Both the position numbers and the translations under genes were made by a program. 64,000 nt of DNA from Paraspadella gotoi (lineage: Eukaryota; Animalia; Chaetognatha): contig CM119271.1 in assembly GCA_051294375.1 (NCBI GenBank), forward strand, positions 14,452,770-14,516,769, read 5' to 3'. Shown here one piece after another: positions 13,842 to 26,021 of the stretch; positions within the stretch are counted from its first letter, which is position 1; each line of letters opens with the position of its first letter. A model generated the notes under the pieces. The model was not told the origin of the DNA. It saw only the letters and a list, made by a program, of their open reading frames with translations, and did no database searches.

Positions 13842-16800
13842 TCAGTGTCTCTTAGCGGCCTCCTTGACCCATTCGGGATCCTTCTCCGTGACGCCGGCCA
13901 AGCTCCTTCCCGGCTTGACCGCGTGGGCCGGCCGAAAAACGCCCACGCTGCCGAACTTGGCCACGCCGGTCAAAGGGGCGCCCGTTCCCGGATGTTGCGC
14001 CGGCGAAAGCGGCGCCGGCGAGGTCGGGATCTGGTGCTGATGACGGCTCTTGCTCTGAGGCGGCTGCGGTTGCTGAGGGGCCGAAACCGGATGATGTTGA
14101 ACCTGAGACCTCTTCTCAATCGCCGGATCGCCGGGCCGAAGCGACTTGTCGGGCAGAGACGGTCCCGTGTCTGAGGAAGATTCCCGCGCCTTGCCCGGCG
14201 TCGACGACGAACACGACGACGACGTCGACGAGGACGACGGAGAATGCATGATGGGATATCCGGGGCTGACGGGGCCGGCCGAGTGTTCGCGGTGTCGCCG
14301 GTAGACGCGGTCTCCGTCCACCGTCTGCGCCGTCAGATGCAGTTGTCCGCCGGGGGCGCCGAGCGGCGAGGCGGCCGGGTGGGCGTAGGGCGACTGCGGG
14401 CTCGGGTGAGACCGCATCTGAGGTGAGTGAGGAGAGACGTGGGCTTTGGAGGAAGAGGACGAGGAGGAGGACGAAGACGAGGAGTGAGGCTTCTCGTTTC
14501 GCGACGACGGAGACGCAACCATCGCGGAATTGGCGCCGGTTTTCGCGGCGACGCCGTGAGCCGAGAATTTCTCCGAGTAGAACTGAGCGAAGGTCGGAAG
14601 ATCGGAACGGCGCGAACCTCCGTCCTTTTTCACGGGAATCAGTTTCTGCAGCTTGGCCGCCTCGCGGGAGAGGGAAGGATGCTTGGAGGAGACGGCTGCG
14701 GCGGCGGGGTTTTGAAATTTCGCGTCCCCGCTTTCCGAAGACGAGGACGGGTCACGATGACGCCGCTTTTTCTCCCGCGACTCAACGGCGACTGTCGGCG
14801 TCGCGTAGGCGGCTCCCGTCTTTCCGACGTCGGCGGGGGCCGTGGGTTTTAACGGCGACGGCGCCGACATCCCCGACGCGTCGTCTTCCGATTCTCGATC
14901 GCGACGGAGTGACTTGATCGATTTGCCGCGGGCGGATTTTTCGGTCGAGATGGTCTTGCCGGAATCCGGCGCCGAATCGGTCTCGCCGCCGGGAACGCGA
15001 TTGGGCGGCAGAGAGACGGCGTCCGTCTCGGCCAACAACCGATGGACGCTGAGGATCATCTCCTCTAGATTGGCTTCGCTCTCTACCTGCAACGGCTCCT
15101 TTTTCTCGTGATATTTTTTCTTATGTTTGTGCCGATGATGTCGCTTGTGTCGGGTGTCGGTGGCTTCGTGGGTCTCGGCGTTCTCAACGTCGTCGGCGGC
15201 GTCGTTATCGTCGTCTGCCACGCCCACCTCTCCAGATTTTCTCCTCGTCTTCTCCATTTCGACGACTCTCGCTTCCTCGTGTCTTTTCCTCGTCAACTCC
15301 TTCTCCCCTCGATGATGATGATGATGATGATGATGATGTTTCGTCGTGTCCTTCTTATGCCTAAGCGATTCCTGATGCTTGGATCTGGTCGCCTGTTGTT
15401 GCCTCGTTTCCAGATGGGCTGATCTTTCGGCCTCCAACAATGTCATCTCTTCTTGGTGTCGCCTTTGCTCTTCCATCTGCAATTTCTCCTTTTCTTGTTC
15501 TTTCTTTAGATTTTCCAATTGCAGTCGCTCTGCTTCGTATTTTCTCAACTCTTCTAGCTTTTGTCTCTCCTCTTCTTTTCTTCTCATCTCATCTCGACGT
15601 CTTTGAAGTTCTTCTTTCCTCCTCATCTCCTCTTCTTTTCTTTTCTCCTCTTCCAATTTCTTCATCTCTTCCAGGCGTCTCATCTCTTTTTGCCTCAACT
15701 CTTCCAGGCGTCTCATTTCTTCCTGTCTTCTCAACTCTTCCTGTCTCAACTCCTCCTGTCTTTTCAACTCTTCTTGACGTTTCAATTCCTCCGCTCTCCT
15801 TTTTATCTCTTCCAACCTCTTTCTTTCTTCTTCCTTCCTTATTTTCTCCTCCAGTTTCCTTTTCCTTTCTTCCTCCTTTCTCAACTCTTCCATCCTTTTC
15901 TCCTCCAATTTTCTTTTCCTTTCCTCTTCCCGTCTTCGCTCCTCCTCTTTCCTCTGCTCCTCCATCCTTCTCCTTTCCTCTTCTTTCTTCTTTCTTTCTT
16001 CCTCTTTTCTCTTTTTCTCCTCTTCCCTTTTCCTCCTCTCTTCTTCTCTTATCTCATCCTCAATCTTTCTCCTTTCCTCTTCTATTCTCTTTTGTTCCTT
16101 AAATCTTCGCCTTTCCTCTTCCCTTTTCTTCTCCTCATCAATCCGTTTCCTCTCTTCTTCCCTCTTTTTCTTTTCTTCTCTAACTTTTCTCTTCTCTTCC
16201 TCCAATCTTCTTTTCTCCTCCTCCTTTTTCCTCTTTTCTTCCTCCATCAATCTCTTCCTCTCTTCCTCCTTCTTCAAAGTCTCCAATCTAACCTTCTCTT
16301 CCTCAGCTTCCCTTTCCCTCTGCTTTTTAATCTCGTCCTGCCGCCGCTTCAACTCCAGTTTCTGCAGCATCTGCATTTCTTCCTCTAATCTCTTCTTCTC
16401 GATTTCTTTCTGCTGCGCGAGATGCCGCCTCCTCGTCTCCTCCATCTCCCTTTCCTTCTTCTCCCTGCTTCGTCGGACCTCCTCCTCCGCAGCTGCCGCC
16501 GCCAACGCTGAGGCTGCCGCCGCAGCAGCGGCCCGCCGCCGCGGATCGTGGCCTCCGCCTGCTCGAGATCGCCTGGCTTCAGCCTCGGTCCCGCCTTCTT
16601 CGCGCTGGTTGTGTCGCTTCTCCTGTTCCTCCCGAATCTCCTCCTGCTCTCTCATTGCCTGAATCGCTAGCATCGAGGCGCGCCAATCGGACAAAGACGG
16701 TAATTTTTCCATCTTCCTCGGTTCTTTGGAAGACGACGCCGACGACGACGACTCGGCCGACGCCACATCAACGACCTCCGGCATCAATATCTTTCCATGT

Positions 16801-19800
16801 TCCCTCGGCTCATTCACAGAAACGTCACTCGGTGTCCTTTCACTAAATTCTTGATGGGCGGCTTTCGGCTTTTCCATCTGTGCCATTTCTATCACTGCAT
16901 CTTGCTTGTGTATTTGCTCGCTTTTTTCTTGCAAGACAACCGATTTCTCCTCTCTTGTCACGATTTCGTTTGGCGGTGCTCGTTCGCTCATCTCTTTCGA
17001 TCGCCAAGAGAGGGGCTCCTCAGAGATTTTGCCCACAGAGGACGAGAAAGTCTCGTCTCTCTTCGAAGAAGCGACGGGTTCTGACCTACAAGCGGGTTGG
17101 GCGTGGGTTTTCGGCACGAATTCGACCACGGGCCTCTGTGGGCAACTCTCGCTCTTCTCCGAGGGGATGGGTCGCGAGACGGCGTTCCCGTGTCGAATGA
17201 CGCTGGCGAACCTGACTTGATTAGGAGAAAACTCGAGATTCTTTTCCGATCCGGAAATAGAAGGCTCCTTTTTCGACAACTCCGCCGCTGGCAGATCTTT
17301 GGTCATAAGCCCGGCGATTCTGTCGCTGCTTTCCTGCGATTCGGATACGATCTTTTGGAGCATGTTGGTGTAGGGATTGCTCGAAGCAGAGAGGACGGTC
17401 GATCCCCTCATAAGAGAATCGGCCCCGGGTCCTGAGACTTCGGCCCGTTCCATGCTGCGCAGCATTTGCGGCACGAGAAGAGGCGCCAAATGCGGCTGCT
17501 TGTGGATAAGGTCCAACAGAACCTGATTTGATTGCAAATTATGTGCGGTCACGGATTGCGGTTGAGGTCGATGTTGTAGTTGTTGTTGTTGCAGTTGAGG
17601 TTTTGGTTTATCTTCCTGACGATCTGAGGTTTTCACAGCCAATTTAGTCTCTGGTATCACGGACTTGGACTTGACAATCGAATTTTCATTTTCAGAATGA
17701 CGAAATTCCAAGGACGATTTGCGAGGGTATTGATGGAGGAAACCCTGGGACTCCATGGACTTGACCCGTCCGCCAATCTTAATCGGTGCCGATGACTTTG
17801 GTTCGTCCTTCGACTCGGCCATTCGTTGTTGACTTGCGGTGGCGACAATGGGCTCGCTCTTCGCCGCGACCTCGCTCCGCTTCTTGCTGAGATCCATCAC
17901 GAATTCTTGTTCAGCGGCTTTGTGTTCCATACGAGGACGGCAAGATGTCATTTTCTTATCACAGTCTGACGAAAGCGAGGTCGCCATCGATGCATGATGT
18001 CCCGGATGTTTGGCTGCGCCTGAAAAAGCTATCTGAGTGGAAAGACACCCAATGGGCGATGGCACGGCGGTGATGGATAGCCCCGGAGAATGAGGTGATG
18101 AAGCAGTGGACCGCAGGCCAGGAGGGCGAGGAGAGGCAGAGGTGGAAAGATGCCCCAGTTGATGGGGAGATGTTGTAGTGGGAACTAGTCCCGGTGGGAT
18201 TTGTGATAGAGACGTGGCCAGCGACCCTTGCGCACGTGACAAATCAACGGTGGTAAGAAGACCTGAAGGAGGATGCGTTGATGCGTTTGCCGAGACAACG
18301 GAAGGATGCGGAAAGGCATTGACTGGCATTCGCGGCGAATGCAATGAAGGGGCAGCCATATGAGCGGGTGAAGATGAGCGCGAGCTCTCTAAACCTTTGC
18401 CTGATAGCGGAGAGTGTGAAATTTGAGGGGAAATGAGGCGAGGTGGTTGGGTCATGGGTGTCATTTTGGTAAAGTTATGATGGATGCGGGAGGAGAAATT
18501 CGGACTCAAAGATGAAGGAAATAGGGGATTAGATGAGAGCAGGGAATTTGGCGGGACAGAGGAAGGCGGCGTGGAGGAAACCATTGGCTTTTCCCCAGGA
18601 AAGGAGGCGGAAGGTTTTGTGACAAAGCTCGAGGAAACAGATGTTTCAGTCGACTTTCCAAGGGGAGCAAAGAGACCAGCAGCTGCAGCTGATCCAAACG
18701 GGGACAGTGGGCTAGAGAGAAGATGCGCAAATGGGATGGCCGAGTTGGATGCAGAGGGGATGGTAAGTTGGACGGGCGTCGTCGCTGCCGCAGATATTTT
18801 CTCCAAGACGGAGAGAGGGAGTTCCACTCCGGTTGTGGGGGTTTTTGATCGGGCATTTCCAAGATTATTAGATGGTGGAAGACAAGGAGACTGCTTTTGC
18901 GCTTCGCGCGCTGATTGATGACTCGTTCGCAGAGGTTGTGACTTCGAAATGTGTAATTGCTGCGACAAAAGAGAAGATTGCTGAGGCGAAACTGGCTGCT
19001 GTGATGTTTGCTGAAGCCCAGGGGCGACCTTGGAATGTCTGGCCACGCGAGGGTCTCTCAACGCGTTGGCGGCCAGAAACTGATCGGCCTTTTCCTTCAA
19101 CATTGGGTCGACGAAAGTCTTTGCTTCAGAGTCGCTGGTCCTCGCTTGCTCTGTTTCTTTGTTGATGAGAATGCCCTTTGGTGGAGACTTTTGTAAGACT
19201 GCCGATGTATTGGATGAAAAAGAAGGTAATGATTTCAAGGGAGAGACGCCGGCAAAGTTCTCCAGTCGAAACTCTTTCTCCAATGCCATTGTGCCCGAGG
19301 AGGAAAAGTCGGTCTTAAGTTTGTTACAGATGTTCTCGAGAGTCAACTTGTCCTTATCTGGCACTGCGGCGGCCGAGACAGAAGCCGAGACTGCTGCTTG
19401 AGGAATCTCGGTCAAACGACGGATAACTTTAGGTTTGCGTTTAGAGGATTTAGATTCTATCGAAGGTTTAGTTGACGATTTGACTTCGGTTGGGTCATTT
19501 CTCGCAGCGGAATTGTGGGCGCCAGGAGCGTTAGTTTCGACGACAACCTTCTCTTGCATGACTCGCTGTTGCTCGATCTGCTTGGCGGCTTCGATCTTCA
19601 TCTTGACGCATTCCTTGGACGAGAGTATTGAAAGCGGGATGTCTTCGTCCTCAGAGTCGTCGCCCTTCGACGAAGCATCACTGTTAACCGGTTTCTTCTT
19701 CAAGGGTCCCGTTTTATCATCCAACTGATGATGAAGACCGATGGGCGCTGATTCTCTTTGGTTTTTCGTAGATTTGAGAAGCGAGTCATCAGGTAAAGTC

Positions 19801-22800
19801 ATTTCTTTCTTAGGAGAACCAAGTTCTTTCTCCGAATGCGTTTCTTCTTTCTTGGGACCACACTCTTCCTTGGAAATGGCTACTTTCTCGTTCGAAACAG
19901 CGCCATCTTTGGTTGCAACATCCAGTTCCTTTTTGGAAATGTCTTCAACCGACTGCTCCGTTTCCGTCCGAATCACCAAATCCGTCGTCGGTACATCCGT
20001 GACTTCTGCCGGAGCAGCTGCCCCCGCTTCAGCCGCTGCTGTCTTTATTGCAGCTGCTGTTGCCTCCGCTGCTTCACTCTCTTCGACCATTCTCACGTCC
20101 TCTTCCACCTCGTCCTCTCCCTTACTCCTCTCCGCCTCGACGGTGGCGGCGACGGCTTCGACCGCGGCGGCGGCAGCGCGGCGGGTTGAGCGCCGAGTCG
20201 CCTTTGTGGAACTGGTCGTCGACGAGTTGGAGGCGCTGGAAGAAGCAGAGTTGCGCCGCGGTCGTTTCGCCACAGGCGCCGCCGCGCAAGAAGACTCCAT
20301 CGACGACGCGAGGGAAACATCGTGGTCCGATGCGGACTTGACCACCAGCGGCGGGGCCCTTTTTCGCGAACCTCGCGACTGAGCGGCGGCGGCTGAGGCA
20401 GCGGCTGAGGCGGAAAGGATTTTGGGAACGGCGTCGAAATAATCGGAAGAGTTTTCGTCGAGTGGAAGACGTGGACGCCGCTTCCGACAACCGCGTCCTT
20501 CCTTCGGGCTTTCGTCGTCGGGGGCGACTGGGCCGACGCCGGAAACGGGGCTAGTGGCAGTGACTGGAACGGCGGCGACGGCGGCGCCGCTAATCTCGGA
20601 CTCGTGAGATGCAGCGGAAAGATCCTTCGCTTCCGGCGACGAAGGGTCGATTGCGGCGACGCCCATCGAATCTTCGCCCGTCTTCGGCGCCGATTGTTGG
20701 GATCCGGAGTCTGATACCTCCTCCTCCTCTTTTCCGGCCTTTTTCTTTTTCGGAGTTTCTGGTTTTGACTCTGTTGTTGTTGTTGTTGTCGTCTCGTTCT
20801 TAACCTCTCCGCGCATTCTTCGCTTCCTCGTGTTGACGACGGATGTCGCCGGAGCGTTTTCCGTCGACGCCGATCCGACAATCGCGTCGCCACTCAAAGC
20901 CTTCGCCAACGACACCGTCTCGGGAGCGACGCCGGTAACTTTGGCCTCCGCGGCGTCGGGAAACAAATTTCTTGGCTTTTTGGCGCCGCGGCCGCCGCCT
21001 TTGCTTCCCCCGGCGCCGCCGCTGCCATCTTTTTTCTTTGAAGCGGCGAGTTGCTCTCTCAGCAACTTGTTTTGTAATTCGAGCTTTTTCATGCTTTTCT
21101 GTTGCTCCAGCAGCTTGCGCTCCTTCTCTAGCAGCAATTGCTCCTTGAGCGAGATGATGGAGTCTCTGGACTCGAGCTCTCTCGCCATTTCTGAGAAATC
21201 CTCGCAGCTGAGTTGCGAGCTGGAGAGGGAACCGCTCAGGCTGTTGGGCGTAGAACGTCCGCTGGAGATAAAAATTAAAATTGAGTTAAAATTTAACTTG
21301 ATATCAGATTATTACAATCCAATACTTACATATGCTTAATATAAATTCAATGTCCAAATCCACATACCTATTGCTCGGAGTCTGCGCTCTCGATCGGCCA
21401 CTTGTCGGCGTCGCCGCCCTTGACCTCGGTGTTTGCCCAGCGCTCCTTCCACCGGCGCCGCCTCCAGATCCCGGCGTCGAATTTCGGCGTTCCATTGCGC
21501 GCGCGTTCATCGATCGACTCCGCGTCACGCGTCCGGGCGTCTTCGTGGGCGCCGCCGCCGATGATCCCGGAGAGATGGCGTCGTTGTTGGCGGATCTGTC
21601 GGAGGTTTTGTTTCGACCCGGCGTTGAGGTCGCTGTAGCGGCGCCGGCGACGGCGGCGTCGATGGAGACGCCGGATCTTTTGGATCCTTTGGAGTCGTGA
21701 CCGGAATCCCAAGACGAGTAGTCGGATCCTCTGCCGGAACTGGCGGCGGCTGCACCGGCCACGCCCCGCTGAGACCGGCCGCCGCCGCCGCTGAACACGC
21801 CGCGCCCGCTGCCGCGCCCTGACTTTCGGCTGGAAGCCTGGGAGAGAAAATGAGCTTCTTATCGTGGCTCGTCAGTTGTACTAAATTACGAATACACTTT
21901 TAATATGAAATGTATAACACAAAACCTGCGGATATCGAAATCCCCCGTGAAAGGATATGGCAGGCATCGGAGTGGAGGTCGGATACAGCGGACGAATCTC
22001 GTCCAGAATCTTGTCGAGGGTGTTGAAGATTTGGCCAACGTCGGCGAGCCGCTGCTTCGGCGCCGACGTCATCCCGTGGATGAGCGTCTCCAACTCTTCG
22101 GGCAAATCCTCGTCCGGTATCACGTGCTCCTTGACTAGATTGTAGAGTTTGACGCCGAGGACGCCGTTGACTTTGGCCTCGTGGAGAGTTTCTGGGAGGA
22201 GGACGATGATGAAGATATTTTAAAAAGGTCCAACTTGAGATAAGCTCGCTTTATTCTTTATTTTGTTTTGAGTTACAAAATCCGTATCTGTATAGAACGT
22301 CGAACAAAAAATTAAATTAAATACTTTGCAATCGAATCGACATTGAGAACCTTTTAACAGCGAGCTTGTTCCCGAAACTTAACCGGAACCTTCCGATCGA
22401 TAATCAAACCAAACCTAGGAGTCTACGTCGTTCTTAGAGATCAAGGAAGACTTTTTCAATGGAGATTTTCGTTCAAATCTGACTACCAAACAATATAAAC
22501 GCTCCTGGTAAAAATTCTGGTAAAATATCGATGTAAAAACACTTGATTCTGATCCTGTTGCATCTGAAGGGCTCGCATTTTTTTTCTCTTTTCAAATCAT
22601 CAACCTCTTGATATCAAACAAGCCAGAACAAATAGACTGCTTCTGGACGGAAAAATTTTCCATCTCTGATTTTATATAGAAATGAAAGGGATTTTTTTCC
22701 TTGAAAACGATATAAACATGACTGAGGTATGTTCCTGTTCAACAAATGAGGTCCAATTTTGGAATCCTTTGGCAAAGTGTCTGAAGGGCTCTCAAAATTT

Positions 22801-24725
22801 TTCTTTACATTTTATTTGGTTATTTTGATATGATACGATCATGGTAAAGTGAATTAGTCCATTTTGGTGAAATTTTTATTTAAGGTAAAAGTAAAAGAAG
22901 AGCTAACGATCGGAATTCTAAGAGTTTTCAACCGGGAGTCAGATTGGGGAAAAATCTTCTATGGCGAAAATCTTCCAAAGAAGGGGTGAATTTTCCGAAG
23001 ATTTTGGTTAATATTTTCTATATTTATGGTCGGTTTTTTTTGAAACTTAATAGTAACAATATTGCCATCATTCTACCTTGGCCGGTATAAGAATATATTA
23101 AAAAAACTTCAGGCTTTGTTCATCAGAGCTTAGTCCTACCAAACCCCTTTTCTTAGAAATCCTTTAAACTTTTCAACTGACCCAGAATCTCGTTGATCTT
23201 CCTCAGCGACTCCCGACTCATGAGCACGATCATGTAGGTGACCCCGAGCGAGAAGATGTCCGCCTTCGAGGTGTACGGTTTCTCGTCCCACATTTCCGGC
23301 GCGTGGAATCCCTCGGTCCCGACCACCGAGGAGACTTTTTCCTCCAAGTGCCGGACGCGGCAGGCCATTCCTTGAAGGAGGAAAATATAGAGCGCATACA
23401 TATATATATCATATATATCATATATATCATATTAAATAATCATCCCTTACACGCACACCCTCGTCGACAATCTTTAAGATCTCTTTAAGATCTTTAAGAT
23501 CTCTTTCGACTCACCGAGATCGATTAGTTTGACCTTGACGTTCTTCAACAGCCCCGTCTTCTCCGAGCGCTCCGCCTCAGTGACGACGATGTTCTGCGGT
23601 TTGATGTCGCGATGGATGATGTGCGGATCCCCCGAGTGAAGGTGGTGGATGGCGCGAGCGAGTTGGTGCATGATGTTCACTCGGATGAAGAGGTTCATCT
23701 CTTCGCGTTGACACAGCTGGTTGGGGATTGATAAATAAGAATATAAGATAACAATATAATAATAATAATATAAGATAATCATAAGGATAAATAAGAAAAA
23801 AAAAAAGAATTAACAGCAAAGTAATTTGCTGATAGAGTCCTTAATTCAATTTACATAATATCGTATTTTGAATAAGTGTTGATATAGTTTTATTTTTTCT
23901 CTTTTTTTTTTATCAATATTTTCCTGATAATTCTGGCACATGGATATTGGATAATGGTGTATGGCTTACCTGAAGAAGATTGCAAAGGCCGCGTTCCATA
24001 ACAATGCCGAGGTGACAAACTGCCGCATGATGACTCCTAAAATTAAACAAAATTAAATATAGTATTTACGGATTTGAGTATGAAAAAAGATAAAATAATT
24101 TATATTCATGGTTAAGGGGGCAATTCAAACCCACCTAGTGTTAAGATTGACAGGAATGAGAGCCACGCCGAAGACTTTAAGAACGGCGTTGGCCAAAGCG
24201 TCGCTTCCCAAGACAACCAGTTCCAACTCCTGCAACATTTTTAACAATTTTAATTAAAACAGATTTGTCACGAATCTAATTTATGACATTTAATTCAAGC
24301 TTTACGTACCTGAAGTAGAAATTCCAACATTTCTTTGTCTCCATTGGAAGTGATGGTCTAAAGTAAAAATTAAAGATTTTTTTTGCTCTCAAAATTCGTT
24401 TGACAAAATATCTGCTCTTTGAACCTTTTATTCTGAGGGCGAATCGATATCGCAAACAAAAATAGGCTAAGTTAACGAGTCAACGAGTCTTCAACCCCGC
24501 CCCCCTTTCCTCTCCCCTCCCCCCAACCCAATTAACCTTGATGGCGGATAATTCTTCGAGTCCATGATAATTGACGCGGCAGAGTTGAACGATGCCCTCT
24601 TCCCCGCGACCGACCACGTTCTCGTATTTGATGTCGGCCGGGTCGAAGATGTGGAGGCGATGCCCGGCGGCTTTGCATCGCTCGATGATCTCGTCGAGCG
24701 CCTGGCGCAGTTTGGACGTCTCCAT
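13842..24725 (-). CDS. Ser/Thr protein kinase (N-terminal domain) fused to a very long low-complexity/charged C-terminus, ~3000 aa
   Basis: Exons approx. 24725-24537, 24357-24310, 24229-24135, 24036-23970, ~23718-23515, 23370-23182, 22191-21926, 21837-21368, 21261-13842. Phases link the kinase exons into the 2448-aa ORF. Motifs: GRGEEG, SAIK, HRDIKPQN, DLG|MA, GTEGFHAPE, DIFSLG. Confidence 0.85.
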
Positions 24726-25121
24726 GGCGACTGGGAGGCCTCAACTCCCCGGGACGGGCGAGTGATTGGGGTGGAGGTTCGAACCGACGAGGGGTTCCAG
24801 TTGACTTTAGAGAAAAATCGATGCGTCAGGTTTCACTCATTTTTCTTTTGTTTTTTTTTCCCCGAAAAAAAAAATCGGCTAAGTCAAGAGGTCCAGTTGA
24901 CGACGCGTTGGGTCAGTTTCCATGGTGACCGACGGAATGGCGGATCAACCGTCTCCGTTTGATTTAACAAAGTTTCAAAAAGACGATCTCGATTGTCGTC
25001 AAATAAAAGAGCATCTCAACTAAACAAAAAAAAATTTGAATATTAAACTTATGACAAAGTAAGTTTGAGTTTTCAACAACTGACATTTCTTAAAACGCTG
25101 TAATTTCACAAATTTAGCTCA

Positions 25122-25369
25122 TTATCTAATTGGAAAAAGAAACAACAGAAAGAGGGGAGAAAGTCCGAGCAACGAGCGTTCGGATCCGCGACTGATGTAG
25201 TAAGAGCGCCGGGACGCCGGGAATAAAAACCGGCGCCGTTCTCTCTCGAGGAGAATCCACCGGAAAGATTCTTACTTCTTCTTCTTTCCACCGGCACCGA
25301 CCTTGGCCTTGGCCGTGCCGCGAACCTTCTTCTTCCTAAAATTGGGAGGGGAAAAGTATTAGATTTGGC

Positions 25370-25460
<91 letters not shown>

Positions 25461-25461
25461 G

Positions 25462-25497
<36 letters not shown>

Positions 25498-26021
25498 TAT
25501 GTCACCTGTTCTTCAACTCCTTGATCTGCTTCCTTCCGGTCTTCTTTTTCTCCACGACGCCGTGTCTCGCCAAGCGATATTTGGGTTCGTACTTTTTCGC
25601 GCTGCAAAAGAATCAGAGGCGCTCGCTGAATGGCCAACCATAATAATCGACTAAAGTTAAGTCTTAAGTTAAGTACCTGTCCATATTATCGTAGATGAGC
25701 GCGAATCCGATGGTCTTGTTGCCTCCGAAGAGAGTGTGGAACCCAAAGGCGAAGATGACATCGGGTGTGGTCTTGTACATCTTCGCAAGTTGGTCGCGGA
25801 TCTCCGTTTTGGGGACCGTCGCCCTTCCGGGATGGATCACGTCCACCACCATCTGCTTTCTGGATTGAGAGGGGGAGAAAGGATATATTGCAATTGGCGA
25901 CGAGTCTGGCAAGCGACCGAATCAAAACTCGGGAACAATTGACCCGGTTTCCTCACCTGTTCAAAAGACGGTTGGACATGAACTTTCTCGTCCTCACCGT
26001 GATCGCGCCCTTTTCCGCCAT
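25122..26021 (-). CDS. RPS24: 40S ribosomal protein S24 (eS24)
   Basis: [22 protein letters not shown]|[40 protein letters not shown]...|[14 protein letters not shown]...|[20 protein letters not shown]. Exons 26021-25957, 25859-25677, 25601-25506, 25335-25276 (stop at 25272 if unspliced, or 25125-25122 if spliced). Confidence 0.98.
25373..25497. repeat. (GA)n microsatellite filling most of RPS24 intron 3
   Basis: Long, nearly perfect gagaga run. Similar GA-rich tracts occur at ~26240-26335 and a (CT)n run at ~40209-40246. Confidence 0.95.

Noticed and set aside
15440-16388. Long plus-strand ORFs (F/L/S-rich) and many other plus-strand ORFs in the track
   Set aside because: They are antisense shadows of GC-rich or low-complexity minus-strand exons and repeats, with no recognisable domains.
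22360-23100. Possible DNA-transposon/MITE remnants (also ~43700-44300 and ~58400-58900)
   Set aside because: No terminal inverted repeats, target-site duplication or second copy could be demonstrated by eye.
23105-23130. CTGATGA on the minus strand as a second hammerhead
   Set aside because: No stem II-GAAA-NUH arrangement follows.
23471-23506. Apparent frameshifting 20-bp duplication after the kinase DLG motif
   Set aside because: A perfect donor G|GTGAGT at 23514 precedes it and gives DLG-MAC in phase with the acceptor at 23371, so the duplication is intronic.
25878-25886. U12-type donor-like ATATCCTTT in RPS24 intron 1 (also ~21950 in a kinase exon)
   Set aside because: They lie in a polypyrimidine tract or coding sequence, and the GT-AG structures already give intact proteins.
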